A DNA stretch of 64,000 nucleotides from a virus. The stretch covers positions 32,001 through 96,000 of IMG/VR virus record IMGVR_UViG_3300035670_000069. One strand, written 5' to 3'. The position numbers and the translations under genes were made by a program. The notes below the pieces were generated by a model. The model did no database searches. It had not been told where the DNA came from and saw nothing but the letters and a program-made list of their open reading frames with translations. Shown here in pieces: positions 38,648 to 47,810 of the stretch. How positions within the stretch are numbered: position 1 is the first letter of the stretch; the number at the start of each line of letters is the position of its first letter.

Positions 38648-40045
38648 ATGAGAGACATTCGTAAAGCCTTTATTGTAACCTTTTCAATATTTTTGCTATA
38701 TATCTATACACCACAATCACTTGCCAATGATAATATCAATTACTCTTTTACAAAAAAGCCTTGTTCTAAAAATAAACTAAATACAATAGTAAAAAATAAA
38801 ATATGCCTAAAGAATGGAAAGGTTTATAGATGGGCTGTATTAGATAATAAACAATCCGTTTCTGAGACTAATTCAGTTGATAATATGTCTCCAAAACATT
38901 ATTACGATACTAATTTTTTAAATTATAACGAGTGCAATGTTAACTTTCCTTATTGGGAAAATAGAGATGGTAGATTTAATTCTTCTTATAAAATTAAAGT
39001 TATACCATTTCAAACAGAGGACTATAAATCTTCTAAATCCCCTAAAGAAGAATGGGGTGAATTTTTTACATATTTTCACCAGACATTAAAAAACCTTTCA
39101 GATGTTAAAACAAATCATGTTATTGATATTGAAAATAAATATATTGATTTACCAATTAATCTAAAATCATTGGATCTAGGCTCAAAGTATGACCATGGAG
39201 ACATTAGCGTAAGGCCTCGTACTACTAAACTATTTAGCCTTGCTGTACAAAAATTAGATCCCGATATTGATTTTTCTAAATATGATGCCATTTGGCTGGT
39301 TCCACCAATATCTGTACCGACAACAGTTTTATCTAATTTTATTATTGAGGGGCCAGTTTTAACACAGGGAAAAAGATTTATGGTTGGTCTTTATTTAGGT
39401 TCAAGGCCTAATGATTTTTTTGATAAGGGAATAGATAATAAAAGTTTGCCACTAATAGTTCATGAATGGCTGGTTCATGTTACCAGTAGTTTAGATGATA
39501 CATATGGAGATATGCATTATTATAATGGCGTCGGCAATTATGGGACAGGGCTATGGTCAAATACTTCTAACTTTTCAGTAGATTTTTTAGGTTATAATAA
39601 ATGGCAACTTGGAATGTTAAGCAACTCACAAATAAGTTGTGTGGACAAAAATAAAACTTATTTTGTTTGGTTAAACCCACTACAGTCGACGAACACATCA
39701 AATAAATTGGGAATAATAAAAGTTGACAAATATGTTGCAATTACTATTCAATCTATGAGATCTTTAGGTTACAATTATAAGTTGCCAATAAACCAAAATG
39801 GTGTTCTTGTTTCTGAAATTAATACAGAAAAAATGTATGATAATAATGTTCATGGAGATGGACAATATGTTATATGCCCGAACAGAGGCAATGAAGCAAA
39901 AATTCATGGTGGTTGCAAAACAAAAGAATTATATGATGCAGCACTTAAACTAAATGAAACAGTATCGTATAAAGGTTACAAAATAACTGTTGTTGATTCT
40001 GGAGATTTTGGAGATGTTGTTAAGATAGAATATATTGGTCTGTAG
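38648..40045 (+). CDS. secreted M6/InhA-like metalloprotease-like protein
   Basis: signal peptide, C..C...YRW module, DPDIDFSKYD, HEWLVH..LDDTY, YNKWQLG, GVLV. Confidence 0.6.
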   Translation: MRDIRKAFIVTFSIFLLYIYTPQSLANDNINYSFTKKPCSKNKLNTIVKNKICLKNGKVYRWAVLDNKQSVSETNSVDNMSPKHYYDTNFLNYNECNVNFPYWENRDGRFNSSYKIKVIPFQTEDYKSSKSPKEEWGEFFTYFHQTLKNLSDVKTNHVIDIENKYIDLPINLKSLDLGSKYDHGDISVRPRTTKLFSLAVQKLDPDIDFSKYDAIWLVPPISVPTTVLSNFIIEGPVLTQGKRFMVGLYLGSRPNDFFDKGIDNKSLPLIVHEWLVHVTSSLDDTYGDMHYYNGVGNYGTGLWSNTSNFSVDFLGYNKWQLGMLSNSQISCVDKNKTYFVWLNPLQSTNTSNKLGIIKVDKYVAITIQSMRSLGYNYKLPINQNGVLVSEINTEKMYDNNVHGDGQYVICPNRGNEAKIHGGCKTKELYDAALKLNETVSYKGYKITVVDSGDFGDVVKIEYIGL

Positions 40046-40107
40046 TTCAATGGCAGAACAATCGGCTGTTAACCGATGGGTTGTAGGTTCGAATCCTACC
40101 AGACCAG
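40036..40107 (+). tRNA. tRNA-Asn(GTT)
   Basis: acceptor tggtctg/cagacca, anticodon arm atcgg-ctGTTaa-ccgat, T loop ttcgaat; no encoded CCA. Confidence 0.95.
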
Positions 40108-40111
40108 CGAA

Positions 40112-40120
40112 TGCTATAAT
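40112..40120 (+). promoter_or_regulatory. extended -10 TGcTATAAT for tRNA-Asp/ssb
   Basis: 8 nt before tRNA-Asp. Confidence 0.7.
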
Positions 40121-40128
40121 AAAAGTAA

Positions 40129-40202
40129 GGTCCGTTAGTTCAGTTGGTTAGAACGCTACCCTGTCACGGTAGAGGTCGTCGGTTCAAGTCCGATACGGAT
40201 CG
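40129..40202 (+). tRNA. tRNA-Asp(GTC)
   Basis: acceptor ggtccgt/acggatc, ctacc-ctGTCac-ggtag, T loop ttcaagt. Confidence 0.95.
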
Positions 40203-40245
40203 CTCACCAAATTGGTGAATTATAAATCGAGGAAGGGAGTTCAAA

Positions 40246-40599
40246 TTGAACCCTAAGATAACACTAGTTGGTCGTATTGGACAGGAACCAGAAGCAATCG
40301 GCACTGGTATTCGTTTCAGAATGGCCACAAACGATAGAGTAAAAAATGAAAACGGAGACTGGGAAGATAAAGATACTTCTTGGTTCACTGTTAAGGCTTG
40401 GAAAACTTTAGCAGAGCATTCAAAAAATAACCTTAAAAAGGGTAATGAGGTAATAGTTGTTGGAGTTATGCGTGAAGAAAATTGGACAGATAATGAGGGT
40501 AAAAAGAGAACATCTTTTGAAGTAGTTGCTGAGTCAATTGGAGTTACAACAAAAACTTTAAACAAAAATACTTCTGCACAACCAAGTAATTGGTTATAA
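40246..40599 (+). CDS. ssb: bacterial-type single-stranded DNA-binding protein
   Basis: ITLVGRIG..PE, FRMATN, TSWFTVKAW..LAE, LKKG..VIVVG; TTG start; no acidic tail. Confidence 0.88.
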   Translation: MNPKITLVGRIGQEPEAIGTGIRFRMATNDRVKNENGDWEDKDTSWFTVKAWKTLAEHSKNNLKKGNEVIVVGVMREENWTDNEGKKRTSFEVVAESIGVTTKTLNKNTSAQPSNWL

Positions 40600-40610
40600 C
40601 TAGTAGTATT

Positions 40611-40682
40611 GGCACTATCGTCTATCGGTTAGGACATCGCCCTTTCACGGCGAAAAGACGGGTTCGATTCCCGTTAGTGCTA
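40611..40682 (+). tRNA. tRNA-Glu(TTC)
   Basis: acceptor ggcacta/tagtgct, tcgcc-ctTTCac-ggcga, T loop ttcgatt. Confidence 0.95.
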
Positions 40683-40683
40683 C

Positions 40684-40755
40684 GCCTCCTTAACTCAGGG
40701 GTAGAGTACCCGCCTTGTAAGCGGGTTGTCGTAGGTTCAAATCCTACAGGAGGCT
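40684..40755 (+). tRNA. tRNA-Thr(TGT)
   Basis: acceptor gcctcct/aggaggc, cccgc-ctTGTaa-gcggg, T loop ttcaaat. Confidence 0.95.
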
Positions 40756-40776
40756 CGAAGGGTGTATAATTAAAAT

Positions 40777-41457
40777 ATGAAAAATCCTAAAATGCTTCAT
40801 GACATGAATTATAATTTTAATATATGGTATGAAACAAATGATCCAATTTTTTCTGATATTAGTTTAAATTCTAGATTACCCGCAAAGTGGGTTGAATTTA
40901 AATATGTTGAAAATTACAAAGATTCTATAATTAAACCGATAAATAAATATGTTGAAGCATTATATCCACCACCCAAATTAATATCAATAGAAGGAAATAA
41001 CATTAGATTAAGGCAAGGGAATCATGCGGAATTTTTCTTGTTAACTAATCCAGATGGATCTTTTTATAATTTAGATAGACCATGGATGAGACAATATTAC
41101 AATACATCTCATCAAATACAAGAGCCAGATGACTGTTTCCCTGGGACTTATATTTTTTATACACCATGGTATGTAGACGCTAACGTAAAGGTATTTTATG
41201 AAAAGCCAGAAAAAGAAACCACCTTTTTTGTTTATAGCAATGTGTCAATTCATAAAGAGTTTAATGACAGTGATACATATCTAGAACCAGATTTTATAAG
41301 GTTTCATTTTAAAAAAGAAGGAGATCATATGGATAGACCAGGATTTGGCAAAATACCTAGGCAAAGTCCAATGTTTGATATTGTTTTTGAATGCGATGAT
41401 ATAATGTTAAATAGAGTAAAGGAGTTTTATGAACAAGATAAAGTTTTATCCTTTTAA
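40777..41457 (+). CDS. hypothetical, distant relative of the next two genes
   Basis: GKIPRQSPMFDIVF resembles GxIKxGTPxxQxxPF; TATAAT 6 nt before ATG. Confidence 0.55.
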   Translation: MKNPKMLHDMNYNFNIWYETNDPIFSDISLNSRLPAKWVEFKYVENYKDSIIKPINKYVEALYPPPKLISIEGNNIRLRQGNHAEFFLLTNPDGSFYNLDRPWMRQYYNTSHQIQEPDDCFPGTYIFYTPWYVDANVKVFYEKPEKETTFFVYSNVSIHKEFNDSDTYLEPDFIRFHFKKEGDHMDRPGFGKIPRQSPMFDIVFECDDIMLNRVKEFYEQDKVLSF

Positions 41458-42157
41458 TAATAAAACGATAGAATTTGCACCAAGTCCGTATCCAGCATCA
41501 AAAAATATACCAGATTGGTATAAAAAGCAACCAGGAAATGTTCCAGAAAAAGAACAATTTTCAATGATGAACGGGGCAAGCACTTCTACAATAAAAAGAT
41601 GTATGCCTATTTTTGATATAATGACTGCTGGCTATATTATACCAATTCCATGCGATATATACATAGATGCTACAAATCCAGAAAAAATAACTTGGTCAGT
41701 TCCACTTGGAGTTAAAATTTTTGGATCCGATATGGTGTCTCATCATTCTAGAGAACAATACTCTCATTATCCAATTAATACTGATAAATATCATAAAGAC
41801 CTGTTTAGAATAATGCCATTCTGGTCTGTAAAAACAGAAGAAGGCTATAGTTCTTTATTTATAAACCCAATACACAAAGATGAAGTACCATTTTGGACCT
41901 TTGGTGGATTAATAGATACCGATAAGTTTATAACTGATGGACATATATCAATGTTGATTGAAAAAGACTTTAAGGGTGTAATTAAACAGGGTACACCATT
42001 TGTTCAGGTAATTCCTTTTAAAAGAGAAGAGTGGGAAATGGAAACCATTAGCCCAGATGATGCACAAAAAGAAGTTGTTAAGCAAAGATTAAGCCTTAGA
42101 AGTGTATTTGTAAATGGTTATAAAAATAAAATGAGAACAAAAAAAGTATGGAACTAG
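41429..42157 (+). CDS. DUF6065-like (dUTPase-like fold possible) protein
   Basis: PDWYK, TIKRCMPIFD..TAGY, GLIDTD, IKQGTPFVQVIPFKRE. Confidence 0.6.
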   Translation: MNKIKFYPFNNKTIEFAPSPYPASKNIPDWYKKQPGNVPEKEQFSMMNGASTSTIKRCMPIFDIMTAGYIIPIPCDIYIDATNPEKITWSVPLGVKIFGSDMVSHHSREQYSHYPINTDKYHKDLFRIMPFWSVKTEEGYSSLFINPIHKDEVPFWTFGGLIDTDKFITDGHISMLIEKDFKGVIKQGTPFVQVIPFKREEWEMETISPDDAQKEVVKQRLSLRSVFVNGYKNKMRTKKVWN

Positions 42158-42918
42158 CAAACAAGATATCTTTTATTCCAGCATTCACTGGACATTCTGG
42201 ACTATTAACTCCTCCAATGCCAGCAACAAAAAATGTGCCAGAATGGTATAAAAGTTTGGCCAAATTTGATAAATCTAATGATGACATAACTTTAGGAGTT
42301 AAGAATAGTATAGGAACTGACGGCGCCCTAGTTTCTACTAAAATGTGTATGCCATTTTTTGATGCATTAACTGGAGGGTATCATTATGTTTTAGAAGATG
42401 ATGTTCATGTCGATTTAGATAAAAACGGTAAACCGATTCTCACCTGGGATGGAAACGTAATGATGGTTGATAAAAGACCAATCATAGACATTCCAGTTCC
42501 AGACAACTGCCACCCAGTTCACTATGGCTGGAGAATGAATTGGTATTATGAAACTCCGCCAGGATATTCTGTTTTAATTACACATCCAATGAATAGATAC
42601 GACCTACCATTTTATACAATGTCTGGTATTGTAGAGTCAGATATTTGGGGACTCCCCGTTTTCACGGCATTTTTCTTAAAAAGAAACTTTATAGGCACAA
42701 TTAAAAAAGGCACTCCAATATTTCAAATATTTCCTTTTAAAAGAGAATCTTGGGAGTTAGAAGAAAAGGAAACAGAGCATGATCTAGATAGACACGAACT
42801 CATGGCTGAAAATAGAAGGTCAAGGCTATATGGATATTATAAACAAACAGCGTGGCGCAAAAAAATATTTGGTGTAAGTGGCAAAAATAATAAAGAGATT
42901 AATCATGACGATGAATAA
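42148..42918 (+). CDS. DUF6065-like paralogue
   Basis: PEWYK, TKMCMPFFDALTGGY, GIVESD, IKKGTPIFQIFPFKRE. Confidence 0.6.
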   Translation: MELANKISFIPAFTGHSGLLTPPMPATKNVPEWYKSLAKFDKSNDDITLGVKNSIGTDGALVSTKMCMPFFDALTGGYHYVLEDDVHVDLDKNGKPILTWDGNVMMVDKRPIIDIPVPDNCHPVHYGWRMNWYYETPPGYSVLITHPMNRYDLPFYTMSGIVESDIWGLPVFTAFFLKRNFIGTIKKGTPIFQIFPFKRESWELEEKETEHDLDRHELMAENRRSRLYGYYKQTAWRKKIFGVSGKNNKEINHDDE

Positions 42919-43765
42919 TGTTTTAGTTTGCATTTATTCCTATAAAGGAAAATATTTAAAAGATGTTGTATATCAGTTAAGGGAAACTCAAAGTAATAAT
43001 AATAATATAAAAGTTGTTATTTGGGATCAAAATCCCTTAGATAGATCAAAATTTTTTCCTGATGAAAATTATAATCATGTTTTATGGGATCAAATAATTA
43101 GTCCATCTGTTTATAAAAATTTATGCATTAAAGATAATTTTGATTATATCTTATTTATATCTGATGAAATTTTATTAAATGAAAGTTGGGATGAAAAATT
43201 AATTAATTTAATTAAAGATAAAGATATAGTTTTATCTGGAAATAAAAAAATAAAAATAAAATCAAAAAATTTATTTTATCTAGACAAAGAATATTTTGAA
43301 AATATTGAAGAGTTGTCCCTAACAAACTTTATAGATAGATCTTTTGTTTTTGCATCAAAAGATATTATAAATAAAATAAAGTTTCCAGAATATATAAAAT
43401 ATCATGGAGAAGAAGAAATTCTTTCATTAAAAATTTTTTCTAAAAAAATAAATGTATATTCTGTTTCACAAGAAATATACTCTAAGCATTTTGAAAATAG
43501 TTTTATTTCAAAATATGTACCATTTTCTTTAGATCATAACTATAATGATGCAATAGACCTTCTTAGGCATGGCTATAATAGATGGGAAAATTTAGGGATG
43601 GGTAAAAAAATATGTGAGGAATTTTCTCAGTTTCATGATTTTAATTTTAAACAAATAGAATATTTACCATTTTTAAAGAATGACGTAGAATATGACCCCT
43701 ATATGCTTAATTTTGACAGGGTAGACTCAAGAAGATTTGTGGCTAGGACAAAGGCTATACACTAG
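42911..43765 (+). CDS. GT-A glycosyltransferase, GT60/Gnt1-like
   Basis: VCIYSYK, DYILFISD...WDEKLI, FVFA, YHGEEEILSL...NVY; start 42905 or 42911. Confidence 0.55.
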   Translation: MNNVLVCIYSYKGKYLKDVVYQLRETQSNNNNIKVVIWDQNPLDRSKFFPDENYNHVLWDQIISPSVYKNLCIKDNFDYILFISDEILLNESWDEKLINLIKDKDIVLSGNKKIKIKSKNLFYLDKEYFENIEELSLTNFIDRSFVFASKDIINKIKFPEYIKYHGEEEILSLKIFSKKINVYSVSQEIYSKHFENSFISKYVPFSLDHNYNDAIDLLRHGYNRWENLGMGKKICEEFSQFHDFNFKQIEYLPFLKNDVEYDPYMLNFDRVDSRRFVARTKAIH

Positions 43766-43790
43766 TGTATAATATAAAGAGGAGGAATAT

Positions 43791-44468
43791 ATGAATGAAG
43801 TAAAACCAGTAGAACCACTAAGTAATGAAACATGGCACGGACATAAAATTTTCATAGTTAAAAATTTTATAGACCCACAAGATGCAGAATTATTAATTCA
43901 AGAAATGAGAAATCCAAGCGAACAAAACGAATATCCATCATATTATAAAGATAGATATGGCGGAACTTCTCTTCCATATAATAAAAAAGTAATGGATATA
44001 ATGATTAAGTATGGACACAAATCTAACGAAATGCATAAAAAAATAAATGGATTTGTTAATGATATTTATGTTTTTAAAGGATTTGGCTCCTGGTGGACAA
44101 CTGGTACTAAGGGGGACCTACATATTGATGCACAAGGACCAGAACCCTGGATTGAATGGAGCACTATTATGTATTTAAATGGTGATGAAAACCCTGGGGA
44201 AGAATTAGAAACTAGAGAAGATTACAAGTTTACTGGGGGTCAGATATATTTTCCAAATCAAAACTTTGTATATAGCCCACGAAGATATTCTGCTGTATTT
44301 TTTCAAAGTGCTGGAACGGAATATATACATGGAATAACTAAAGTAAAAAGTGGAAATAGATATACTGCGCTATATATGCATACGAGTTTACCAGATCATG
44401 CAGATCCAGATTTTCACCCTGGTCCGTTGCAATGGAAAGCAAGGAATTATCCATTAAACTATGTTTGA
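43791..44468 (+). CDS. 2OG-Fe(II) oxygenase, prolyl-4-hydroxylase-like
   Basis: IFIVKNFI, LHID, STIMYLN, GGQIYF, HGITKVKSGNRYT. Confidence 0.85.
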   Translation: MNEVKPVEPLSNETWHGHKIFIVKNFIDPQDAELLIQEMRNPSEQNEYPSYYKDRYGGTSLPYNKKVMDIMIKYGHKSNEMHKKINGFVNDIYVFKGFGSWWTTGTKGDLHIDAQGPEPWIEWSTIMYLNGDENPGEELETREDYKFTGGQIYFPNQNFVYSPRRYSAVFFQSAGTEYIHGITKVKSGNRYTALYMHTSLPDHADPDFHPGPLQWKARNYPLNYV

Positions 44469-45123
44469 TTATGAAGTCTTAGATTTAGGATTAGTATATT
44501 ACAAAAATATACTAAAAAATCCAAACTCTTTAATTGAAAAAATTGAAGAATTAGACGCCAGATGGCATAAAGATTCCCCTAAACCATATGAAACTAGTGT
44601 AAAGCCATGGGTGCCGTGGAAAAATGATAATGGATCTGAAGAGATATTTAATTATCAAAAATTTATTCCACAGGTAAAACATATAGCCCCTTGGGATAAA
44701 TATAAAGAAGAGCAAACTCTTATCTCGTCTGAATTATTTGGAGCATTAGATGTAACTTTAGAACATTATTCCACAGAACTTTATCCTTTTGCAAAAAAAA
44801 ATATTAAATCAAGAGAGGCAACAATGCATCTTTTGAGATATGATAAAACAGGTCATTTGCCAGCACACCAAGATCAAGGGGTAAGCACAAGGGTGTTGTC
44901 TGTATTATTATATTTAAATGATAACTACGATGGCGGAGAGATTGAGTTTAGACACTCTAATGTAAAAATTAAGCCTGAGCCTGGTAGTGTTTTATTTTTT
45001 CCTTCTAATTTCTTATATGTTCATGAAGTCTATCCAGTAACTAAGGGACCAAGATATGCTTTGCCAAATTGGTACCATAATGTTGCTGGAGATGAGTTTA
45101 GAAATTCTACGGGGCAAGAATGA
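44461..45123 (+). CDS. 2OG-Fe(II) oxygenase, prolyl-4-hydroxylase-like
   Basis: HQD, SVLLYLNDNYDGGEIEF, HEVYPVTKGPRYA. Confidence 0.88.
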   Translation: MFDYEVLDLGLVYYKNILKNPNSLIEKIEELDARWHKDSPKPYETSVKPWVPWKNDNGSEEIFNYQKFIPQVKHIAPWDKYKEEQTLISSELFGALDVTLEHYSTELYPFAKKNIKSREATMHLLRYDKTGHLPAHQDQGVSTRVLSVLLYLNDNYDGGEIEFRHSNVKIKPEPGSVLFFPSNFLYVHEVYPVTKGPRYALPNWYHNVAGDEFRNSTGQE

Positions 45124-46553
45124 AAATTTTAGGAATTAACGAAACAACACACGATGCATCAATATCCTTAATAGAAAATGGGAACATATTGTTTGCTGGA
45201 CATGCAGAAAGATATAGTAAGAAAAAAAATGATTGGTTCACTAATAATGAACTTATTGATGAGGCTTTGAGTTATGGAAAACCAGATAGAATAGCCTATT
45301 ATGAAAATAGATGGCTAAAAAAATCTAGAATTGTTACCCGTGGTGGATTTGGTGGAGGTAAGCCATACTATTTAGAAAGAAAAGATCTCAGGTGGATTCC
45401 TAGAGAATCTTTTAGCCATCATCACTCTCATGCAGCAGCAGGCTATTACACTAGCAAATTTGATGATGCGGTGGTTGTTGTGCTTGATGCAATTGGTGAA
45501 TACAACACTTCAACAATTTGGATAGGCGAGGGAAGTAATTTAAAAAGAGTATACGCAAAAAATTATCCATTTAGTTTTGGATTATTTTATTCTGCATTTA
45601 CACAATTAGTAGGGTTAAAGCCAAATGAAGAAGAATACATTTTTATGGGAATGGCAGCGTATGGAGATTGGACAAAGTTTTACCTTACAGTAAAAAAATA
45701 TTTTCCAGATATTAATACTCAAAAATATAATTTTCATAAAGGTATAAGGGACTGGGGCCTGATAACAGAACAAGATAAATTTGATATTGCAGCAGCAGTT
45801 CAAAAAGTATATGAAGAAAGATTAGTTAATTTTATGGCTATGGCCAAACAAATAACTGGTAAAAGAAATCTTGTTTTTATGGGTGGGTGTGCTCTTAATT
45901 GTGCAGCAAATACAATGCTCTGGAGGATGTTTGATGATGTCTGGATTATGCCAAACCCAGGAGATGCTGGATCGTCTCTAGGAGCGGCTGCTGCAGCCTA
46001 TGGAGAGCATTTAAAATGGGAGCATCCATATCTTGGCCATGATTTAGGCGGGGAATATCCAGTAAAATCTATTATGACAGAATTAATCAGAAATAAAATT
46101 GCTGCAGTAGCAACAGGAAGAGCAGAATATGGGCCAAGGGCACTGGGAAATAGAAGTATACTAGCAGATCCAAGAGATCCCAACATTAAAGATAAGGTTA
46201 ATTTAATTAAAAAAAGAGAAATGTTTAGGCCATTTGCCCCAGTAATATTAGAGGAGCATGCAGGAAAATGGTTTGATATGAAATATACATCACCATATAT
46301 GCAATATACTCCAAAATGTTTAAAGCCTGATTTAATACCATCAGTGGTTCACAAAGACGGCACCTCTAGAGTTCAAACAGTAAATAAAAATCAGCATCCA
46401 GGACTTTACAATTTGCTTTCAGAGTGGTATGCTATAACAGGTGTTCCTATATTATTAAATACCAGCCTAAATATTAAGGGACAGCCACTTTTAAATGATC
46501 AAGAAGATATTAAAAATTGGGAAGGCCTATATGGAACCAGAATCATATCCTGA
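45120..46553 (+). CDS. O-carbamoyltransferase (NodU/CmcH family)
   Basis: HDAS...ERYS, HHHSHAA, DAIGE, GGCALNC, GDAG, EYGPRALGNRS, RPFAP, DGTSRVQ, NTSLN. Confidence 0.95.
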   Translation: MKILGINETTHDASISLIENGNILFAGHAERYSKKKNDWFTNNELIDEALSYGKPDRIAYYENRWLKKSRIVTRGGFGGGKPYYLERKDLRWIPRESFSHHHSHAAAGYYTSKFDDAVVVVLDAIGEYNTSTIWIGEGSNLKRVYAKNYPFSFGLFYSAFTQLVGLKPNEEEYIFMGMAAYGDWTKFYLTVKKYFPDINTQKYNFHKGIRDWGLITEQDKFDIAAAVQKVYEERLVNFMAMAKQITGKRNLVFMGGCALNCAANTMLWRMFDDVWIMPNPGDAGSSLGAAAAAYGEHLKWEHPYLGHDLGGEYPVKSIMTELIRNKIAAVATGRAEYGPRALGNRSILADPRDPNIKDKVNLIKKREMFRPFAPVILEEHAGKWFDMKYTSPYMQYTPKCLKPDLIPSVVHKDGTSRVQTVNKNQHPGLYNLLSEWYAITGVPILLNTSLNIKGQPLLNDQEDIKNWEGLYGTRIIS

Positions 46554-47469
46554 TAGGGGAACTATTTGGGACAATTGGGAAATAACCATTGATTCTATTT
46601 ATAGTACATCCGAAAAAATGGTAAAAAAAATAGGAAATCCTAAATCTATATTTGATGACAATACAAAAAGTTTATTTGAATATAAACTAAATTCACATGG
46701 ATTTAGATCTAATGAATTTGTTGAAAATAATAAAAATCCACAAATACTTTTTGCGGGATGTTCAGAAACTTTTGGACAGGGAGATACTTTAGAAAATTCT
46801 TGGCCTGAAATGTTTTTCAAAATGTTTGAAAATCATAAAAGTGGATATGAAGTATATAATTTGAGTGTACCAGGACATGGATTTCAATTAATAATAAATT
46901 CAGTTTTACAATATATTAAAAAATTTGGCACACCAGAATATATTTTTATATTATTCCCTGATTTTCAAAGAGAAATTATTTGGCAGTATAAAGATAAAAA
47001 TAAAAAAAGTTTTTCGCCTCTTGGGGCAGAAGAGGATTTTAAAAATGGAAATTGGACACTTGTCCATCAAAGGTTAATAGATAAAAGAAAAAAAGATTTT
47101 TCATTTTTTCTTGCAGGAACTGATATAGAGATAGATCCATTAAATTCTTTTTCTTTTTTTTATTCATGTATATTGTTTTTGGACCTGTTAGAAGAATTAT
47201 GCATGGCAAAAAATATAAAGTTATTTTGGACGACTTGGGATAGCCTTACTGATTATGTTATTCGAACATTAAAATTAAAAAATGAGAATTTATTTAAAAA
47301 CTATTTTAATTTATTAAATTATGATGAAAAAGATGTTTTAGAAATAATAAATACCGATCCTAAAAAATACAATCTTAAGAAAGAAGATGGACATAAGGGG
47401 TCTGCAATTCATTATTTATGGGCCAAGGCCTTTTATGATGAATTAATAAGTAAGGATGCTATAATATAA
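46531..47469 (+). CDS. SGNH/GDSL-like protein
   Basis: NSHGFRS.EF, FAGCSETFGQG, NLSVPG, DGH; likely start 46531. Confidence 0.55.
   Translation: MEPESYPDRGTIWDNWEITIDSIYSTSEKMVKKIGNPKSIFDDNTKSLFEYKLNSHGFRSNEFVENNKNPQILFAGCSETFGQGDTLENSWPEMFFKMFENHKSGYEVYNLSVPGHGFQLIINSVLQYIKKFGTPEYIFILFPDFQREIIWQYKDKNKKSFSPLGAEEDFKNGNWTLVHQRLIDKRKKDFSFFLAGTDIEIDPLNSFSFFYSCILFLDLLEELCMAKNIKLFWTTWDSLTDYVIRTLKLKNENLFKNYFNLLNYDEKDVLEIINTDPKKYNLKKEDGHKGSAIHYLWAKAFYDELISKDAII
47457..47465 (+). promoter_or_regulatory. extended -10 TGcTATAAT
   Basis: followed by SD aaggagg and ATG 47482. Confidence 0.65.
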
Positions 47470-47481
47470 AAAGGAGGAAAA

Positions 47482-47700
47482 ATGGAATCTAAAAAGAAAA
47501 GTCTTTTAAAAACACTGAGTTGGGAAACTTTTCACCTTGTCGGTGTTGCTGGTGTTATTGCTGTTATAACTTACATTATGACAGGAGAAGTCGAATATGA
47601 GTATGCCACATTGGGAGCACTCGTATATATTTTGTGGGAAGCGCTAGGATATTTTTTGCACGAAAGAGTTTGGGCCAAATTTGGCAAAGGGGTAAAATAA
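47482..47700 (+). CDS. DUF2061-like membrane protein
   Basis: SLLKTLSW ... YFLHERVW. Confidence 0.75.
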   Translation: MESKKKSLLKTLSWETFHLVGVAGVIAVITYIMTGEVEYEYATLGALVYILWEALGYFLHERVWAKFGKGVK

Positions 47701-47810
47701 TGAGAATTAAAATTATTAAATTTGTTGTAAAACTATTAGGATATGAATGGTCTGGAGACAATGTAAATCTTCCAGTTTGGCAGGTTAAAGCAAAAAAGAA
47801 GGCAAAGTAA
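47700..47810 (+). CDS. 36-aa basic peptide (absent from ORF track)
   Basis: MRIKIIKFVVKLLGYEWSGDNVNLPVWQVKAKKKAK; TAATG-coupled at both ends. Confidence 0.6.
   Translation: MRIKIIKFVVKLLGYEWSGDNVNLPVWQVKAKKKAK

Noticed and set aside
40164-40565. 133-aa minus-strand ORF
   Set aside because: Antisense to ssb and tRNA-Asp.
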